Source: Candidatus Zambryskiibacteriota bacterium
GTDB taxonomy: Bacteria; Patescibacteriota; Minisyncoccia; Phycocordibacterales; WO2-35-19
Assembly (NCBI GenBank): GCA_003233455.1
Contig: QILQ01000043.1
Span: 442-64,441 of the forward strand
Reading direction: 5' to 3'
DNA length: 64,000 nt
Shown: piece by piece, positions 60,378-64,000 of the stretch
Position numbering within the stretch: position 1 is the first letter of the stretch
Layout: each line of letters opens with the position of its first letter
Notes under the pieces: model-generated
The model's input: the letters and a program-made list of their open reading frames with translations, nothing else
Databases searched by the model: none
Told to the model about the DNA's origin: nothing
Made by a program: the position numbers and the translations under genes

Positions 60378-61817
60378 ATGGATATTTCAAAACTTACAAT
60401 CAAAGAAGCCAGAAAGTTACTTGATACTAAAAAAATTTCTGTAAAAGAACTTGTTGAAGAATATCTAAAAAATATTGAAGATAAAAATAAAGAATTAAAT
60501 GTATTTCTGGAAGTTTATGATGATGTTTTAAAACAAGCGGAAGAAGCTCAAAAAATTATAGATGAAGGTGGAGCTTTAGAGTTGACAGGTATTCCTCTGG
60601 CTGTGAAAGATAATATTTTAATAAAAGGCAGAAAAGCGAGCGCCGCTTCAAAAATGCTTCAAAATTATCAAGCTACTTATACTGCTACCGCTGTTCAAAA
60701 ATTGATTGACCAAAAAGCGGTATTTATGGGCAGGACAAATATGGATGAATTTGCTATGGGTAGCTCAACCGAAAATTCTAGTTTTGGGGTAACTAAAAAT
60801 CCTTATGATATTTCTCGAGTGGCGGGTGGTTCTTCTGGTGGCTCGGCGACAGCAGTAGCCTCAAATATGGCTTTGGGGGCTCTGGGTTCTGATACTGGAG
60901 GTTCAATTAGAGAGCCAGCCAGTTTTTGTGGAGTGGTTGGATTGAAACCAACATATGGTAGCGTTTCTCGTTATGGTCTGATGGCGATGGGTTCTTCTTT
61001 GGATGTTATCGGTCCTATCAGTAAGACAGTAACTGATAATGAAATAATTTTTAACGCTATTAAAGGCAGAGATAAAATGGACAGCACTTCTATACCTCAC
61101 TCGGACTTCGTCTCGACCTCTCCTAATTTAGGAGAGGTAAAAAAAATCAAGATTGGAGTTCCTTATCATATTTTGAATCAGGAAGGAATATCAAATGAAG
61201 TTAAGAAAAATTTTGATACTTCTGTTGAAAGAATGAAAAAATTAGGGTTTGAAATCAAAGATATTAAATTGCCGAATATGGATAAATCTTTGGCTGTTTA
61301 TTATATAATTATGCCAGCCGAAGTTTCTTCCAATATGGCAAGGTATGATGGTATTAAATATGGTTTATCTTTGGAGGCCGAAAATTTATTGGATGTCTAT
61401 AAGAAAACTAGAGGTGAAGGTTTTGGTAGAGAGGTCAGGAGAAGGATTATTTTAGGTGCTTATATTCTTTCTTCCGGTTATTATGACGCCTATTACAGCA
61501 AAGCGATGATGGTTAGAAAAATAATACAAGATGAATTTAAAGAAGCTTTTAAAGGAGTGGATGTAATATTTACCCCAACTACTCCCTCTCCCGCTTGGAA
61601 AATAGGCGAAAAAACAAGTCCTTTAGAAAACTATTTGGCTGATATTTTTACGGTAACTGCGAATATTGCGGGAATTCCGGCTATCTCTTTACCATCCGGA
61701 TATGTTAAAATTAGTGATAATGAATCGGAACTGCCTCTCGGCGTTCAACTTATGTCCTCGCATAAAAATGAAGATGTGTTATTTAAAATTGGCAAAAAGT
61801 TTTTAAATGAAAATTGA
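60378..61817 (+). CDS. gatA: Asp/Glu-tRNA amidotransferase subunit A
   Basis: VKDN, NMDEFAMGSS, GGSSGGS, GSDTGGSIR. Confidence 0.98.
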   Translation: MDISKLTIKEARKLLDTKKISVKELVEEYLKNIEDKNKELNVFLEVYDDVLKQAEEAQKIIDEGGALELTGIPLAVKDNILIKGRKASAASKMLQNYQATYTATAVQKLIDQKAVFMGRTNMDEFAMGSSTENSSFGVTKNPYDISRVAGGSSGGSATAVASNMALGALGSDTGGSIREPASFCGVVGLKPTYGSVSRYGLMAMGSSLDVIGPISKTVTDNEIIFNAIKGRDKMDSTSIPHSDFVSTSPNLGEVKKIKIGVPYHILNQEGISNEVKKNFDTSVERMKKLGFEIKDIKLPNMDKSLAVYYIIMPAEVSSNMARYDGIKYGLSLEAENLLDVYKKTRGEGFGREVRRRIILGAYILSSGYYDAYYSKAMMVRKIIQDEFKEAFKGVDVIFTPTTPSPAWKIGEKTSPLENYLADIFTVTANIAGIPAISLPSGYVKISDNESELPLGVQLMSSHKNEDVLFKIGKKFLNEN

Positions 61818-61842
61818 TAATTATAAATTGAAAATTTAGTTT

Positions 61843-62505
61843 ATGGCAGAAGATAAAAAAGAAAAACCGGCGGGTTGGAATTTTGATATCGTAGAAAGTA
61901 TAGTAGTTCTGCTTTTTTTGTTGAGTATTATTGGTTCTATTTTTCCTCTTATCAATTATTTCACTTCCGGAGAACTTTCTTTTTACGGTTTTAAATTTGT
62001 CGGCATTTTTAACTTTTTTAAGTCAAATGTTCAATTTTTCAAAATTATGGGTTTTGTTATAGCGGCCGGAGCGGCTGTTGGCACTTTTGTGTTTAATAAA
62101 AAAGCTGACCATATTTTATTAGCCGAAAAAACAAAACTTTATCCAGCGGAGATGCCTATAACCGCGGAAGAAACTCCGATTGAAAATTATCATCTAGGGA
62201 AATGGCAAAAAATTGTTAAACTTTCTCAATCTGAAAATACTTCCGATTGGCGTCTGGCTGTTATAGAAGCGGATATTATGCTTGATGAACTTTTGGAAAA
62301 ACTTAAATTACCGGGTGATACAATGGGAGAGAAATTAAAAGCGGTGGAAAAAAGCGATTTTCTAACCATAGAATCTGCTTGGGAAGCTCATAAAATTCGC
62401 AATATGATAGCTCATCAAGGGAATGATTTTCTGATCAGTCAACGAGAAATTCGCCGTATTATTTCTCTATACGAAGCGGTTTTTAAAGAATTCCGTTTAA
62501 TATAA
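61843..62505 (+). CDS. Conserved membrane protein, hypothetical
   Basis: 2 TM; WRLAVIEAD..GDTMGEKL..AWEAHKIRNMIAH (HEPN-like RxxxxH). Confidence 0.75.
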   Translation: MAEDKKEKPAGWNFDIVESIVVLLFLLSIIGSIFPLINYFTSGELSFYGFKFVGIFNFFKSNVQFFKIMGFVIAAGAAVGTFVFNKKADHILLAEKTKLYPAEMPITAEETPIENYHLGKWQKIVKLSQSENTSDWRLAVIEADIMLDELLEKLKLPGDTMGEKLKAVEKSDFLTIESAWEAHKIRNMIAHQGNDFLISQREIRRIISLYEAVFKEFRLI

Positions 62506-62582
62506 ACAAATTATACCACATTTTTTAAAAGGAAGAGGGGAACCCTCTTCCTAAAAATTTTTGTGTCATAATTTTATTCATG

Positions 62583-62653
62583 TTGCGGAGTTTGGATTTG
62601 CACCAAAATTTCAAGGTTATGAGCCTCGCGAGTTACTATTACTCTACCCCGCA
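62583..62653 (-). tRNA. tRNA-Met(CAT), initiator-like, divergent
   Basis: Reverse complement TGCGGGGTAGAG..CGAGGCTCATAACCTTG..GGTGCAAATCC..CTCCGCAA. Confidence 0.75.
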
Positions 62654-62715
62654 ATGCTTATACTGTATATCTTTTTTTGTTTTTATGCAATAAATATGAT
62701 AAAGTTTTGGTTATT

Positions 62716-62789
62716 GTCGGGGTAGCTCAGTTGGTTAGAGCGCAGCACTCATAAAGCTGAGGTCGTGGGTTCAATTCCCACCCTCGACA
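62716..62789 (+). tRNA. tRNA-Met(CAT), elongator type (Ile2 not excluded)
   Basis: GTCGGGG/CCTCGAC acceptor, CTCATAA loop, GGTTCAATTCC. Confidence 0.88.
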
Positions 62790-62834
62790 CTATATAAAAT
62801 TCTTTATCAGCTGGCGTTATTATAAAAAAGTTTC

Positions 62835-63041
62835 TTAAACTCCTAAAGTTTGGAAGGCACCTGTGTAATTGCTAATAAAAGAAGGAATTACAAACATAAG
62901 ACCTATCAAAGGAAGAACAAATAAAGCCAAACTTATAACCATAGTCCAAAAAAAGTATCTTCTGGTTTTTTCTACGGATACATAAATCTTGTCTATTTTT
63001 TCTTTTAATTCAGTAATTTGTTTTTGGGTATCATTTTCCAT
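62835..63041 (-). CDS. Small membrane protein, hypothetical
   Basis: KIYVSVEKTRRYFFWT followed by TM. Confidence 0.75.
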   Translation of the reverse strand: MENDTQKQITELKEKIDKIYVSVEKTRRYFFWTMVISLALFVLPLIGLMFVIPSFISNYTGAFQTLGV

Positions 63042-63111
63042 AATCTAATTTTAACATAATTATTAATTTTAGTGGAAATTTTTCATAAAATCTGTTAAAT
63101 TTCTTCTGTAT

Positions 63112-63185
63112 GCGATCGTAGCTCAACTGGTTAGAGCACCCGCCTGTCACGCGGGAGGTTGTGGGTTCAAGTCCCGTCGGTCGCG
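63112..63185 (+). tRNA. tRNA-Asp(GTC)
   Basis: GCGATCG/CGGTCGC acceptor, CCCGC-CTGTCAC-GCGGG, GGTTCAAGTCC. Confidence 0.93.
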
Positions 63186-63329
63186 CAATATTTCGATAGG
63201 GTCACATAAAATCGGTAAGAATGCTTTGCATATTGTATGAAATAAAGTAATATAAAAAATATCCAAATATTAAAATACATTTTAATATATACTTTGATAT
63301 TTATATAGTATTTTAGTGTACAAAGATAT

Positions 63330-63357
63330 TTGACAATACCTACCATATGTATATACT
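63330..63357 (+). promoter_or_regulatory. TA module promoter
   Basis: TTGACA-16 bp-TATACT, overlapped by a tacca..tggta inverted repeat. Confidence 0.7.
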
Positions 63358-63365
63358 TGTGGTAT

Positions 63366-63635
63366 ATGAAAATACAAGTCAATTTAAAAATAGATAATAG
63401 TGTTAAAAAACAAGCTCAAAAAAGAGCTAAAAACATAGGTCTCTCTCTTAGCTCTATTGTTAATGCTACTTTAAAACAGTTTGCTAAAACTGGAGAACTT
63501 GAATTATCTTCTGCTCCTAAAATGACTCCTTATCTTGAAAAATTAGTTTTTGAAGCTAGAAAAGAATATTTAAAAGGTAAGACTTATGGTCCGTTTGATA
63601 ATGTTAAGGATTTAATGAAGCATTTAAATTCTTGA
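63366..63635 (+). CDS. RelB/DinJ-like antitoxin
   Basis: MKIQVNLKIDNSVKKQAQ..GLSLSSIVNA; GPFDNVKDLMKHL. Confidence 0.87.
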   Translation: MKIQVNLKIDNSVKKQAQKRAKNIGLSLSSIVNATLKQFAKTGELELSSAPKMTPYLEKLVFEARKEYLKGKTYGPFDNVKDLMKHLNS

Positions 63636-63639
63636 TTAT

Positions 63640-63900
63640 ATGAGGATTATTACTACCACAAAGTTTGATAAACAATTTAGAAAACAACCTTTAAAAATTA
63701 AAATAGAATTTGAAAATAGAGTTGAGATATTCATAGAAAATGTAAACGCTCCAATTCTTAACACTCATAAATTGTCTGGAAAATTGAAAGATTTATGGAG
63801 TTTCAATATAAGTGGAAATATTAGAGTTGTTTTTGATAAAAACCAAGAAAGTATAATTATATTTATTGCCATTGGTTCTCATTCGCAACTCTATAATTAG
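63640..63900 (+). CDS. YafQ/RelE-family toxin
   Basis: LNTHKLSGKLKDLWSFNI..IRVVF..IGSHSQLY. Confidence 0.9.
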   Translation: MRIITTTKFDKQFRKQPLKIKIEFENRVEIFIENVNAPILNTHKLSGKLKDLWSFNISGNIRVVFDKNQESIIIFIAIGSHSQLYN

Positions 63901-64000
63901 TCACTTAAAAAAATACGTATTAAAATACGTATTTAATTATTTAACTAAAATGTGTTAATATATTTAATATGATAGAAGCTAAATTCACCCCTCAATTAGG

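Overview
AT-rich window from a Patescibacteria (CPR; Parcubacteria/Nomurabacteria-like) chromosome, genetic code 11. The core content is map, ndk, a likely 6S RNA, a beta-CASP RNase, rny, clpP-tig, nusA, tuf, a fragmented S10/spc ribosomal protein cluster, secE-nusG-rplK, argS, a full type IV pilus/competence cluster, ligA, gatCA and five tRNAs. Accessory content is dense. It includes about nine toxin-antitoxin modules (two with decayed toxins, plus a further remnant) and three small cassettes bounded by 31-118 bp direct repeats, two of which duplicate promoter elements. It also includes a cytochrome b fusion next to an FAD oxidase, a four-gene histidine-kinase module with two uncharacterised partners, a dcd / MtrA-like-ThyA-DUF4346 / tmk island, and a fused R-M-S enzyme with an A10 slippery tract at the M-S junction. 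Several small palindrome families are dispersed through the window and also sit in frame inside conserved genes. Five genes (rny, nusG, rplV, pilT, one pilin) carry small indels that may be assembly errors. All calls come from reading the sequence and recognising motifs; no searches were run.
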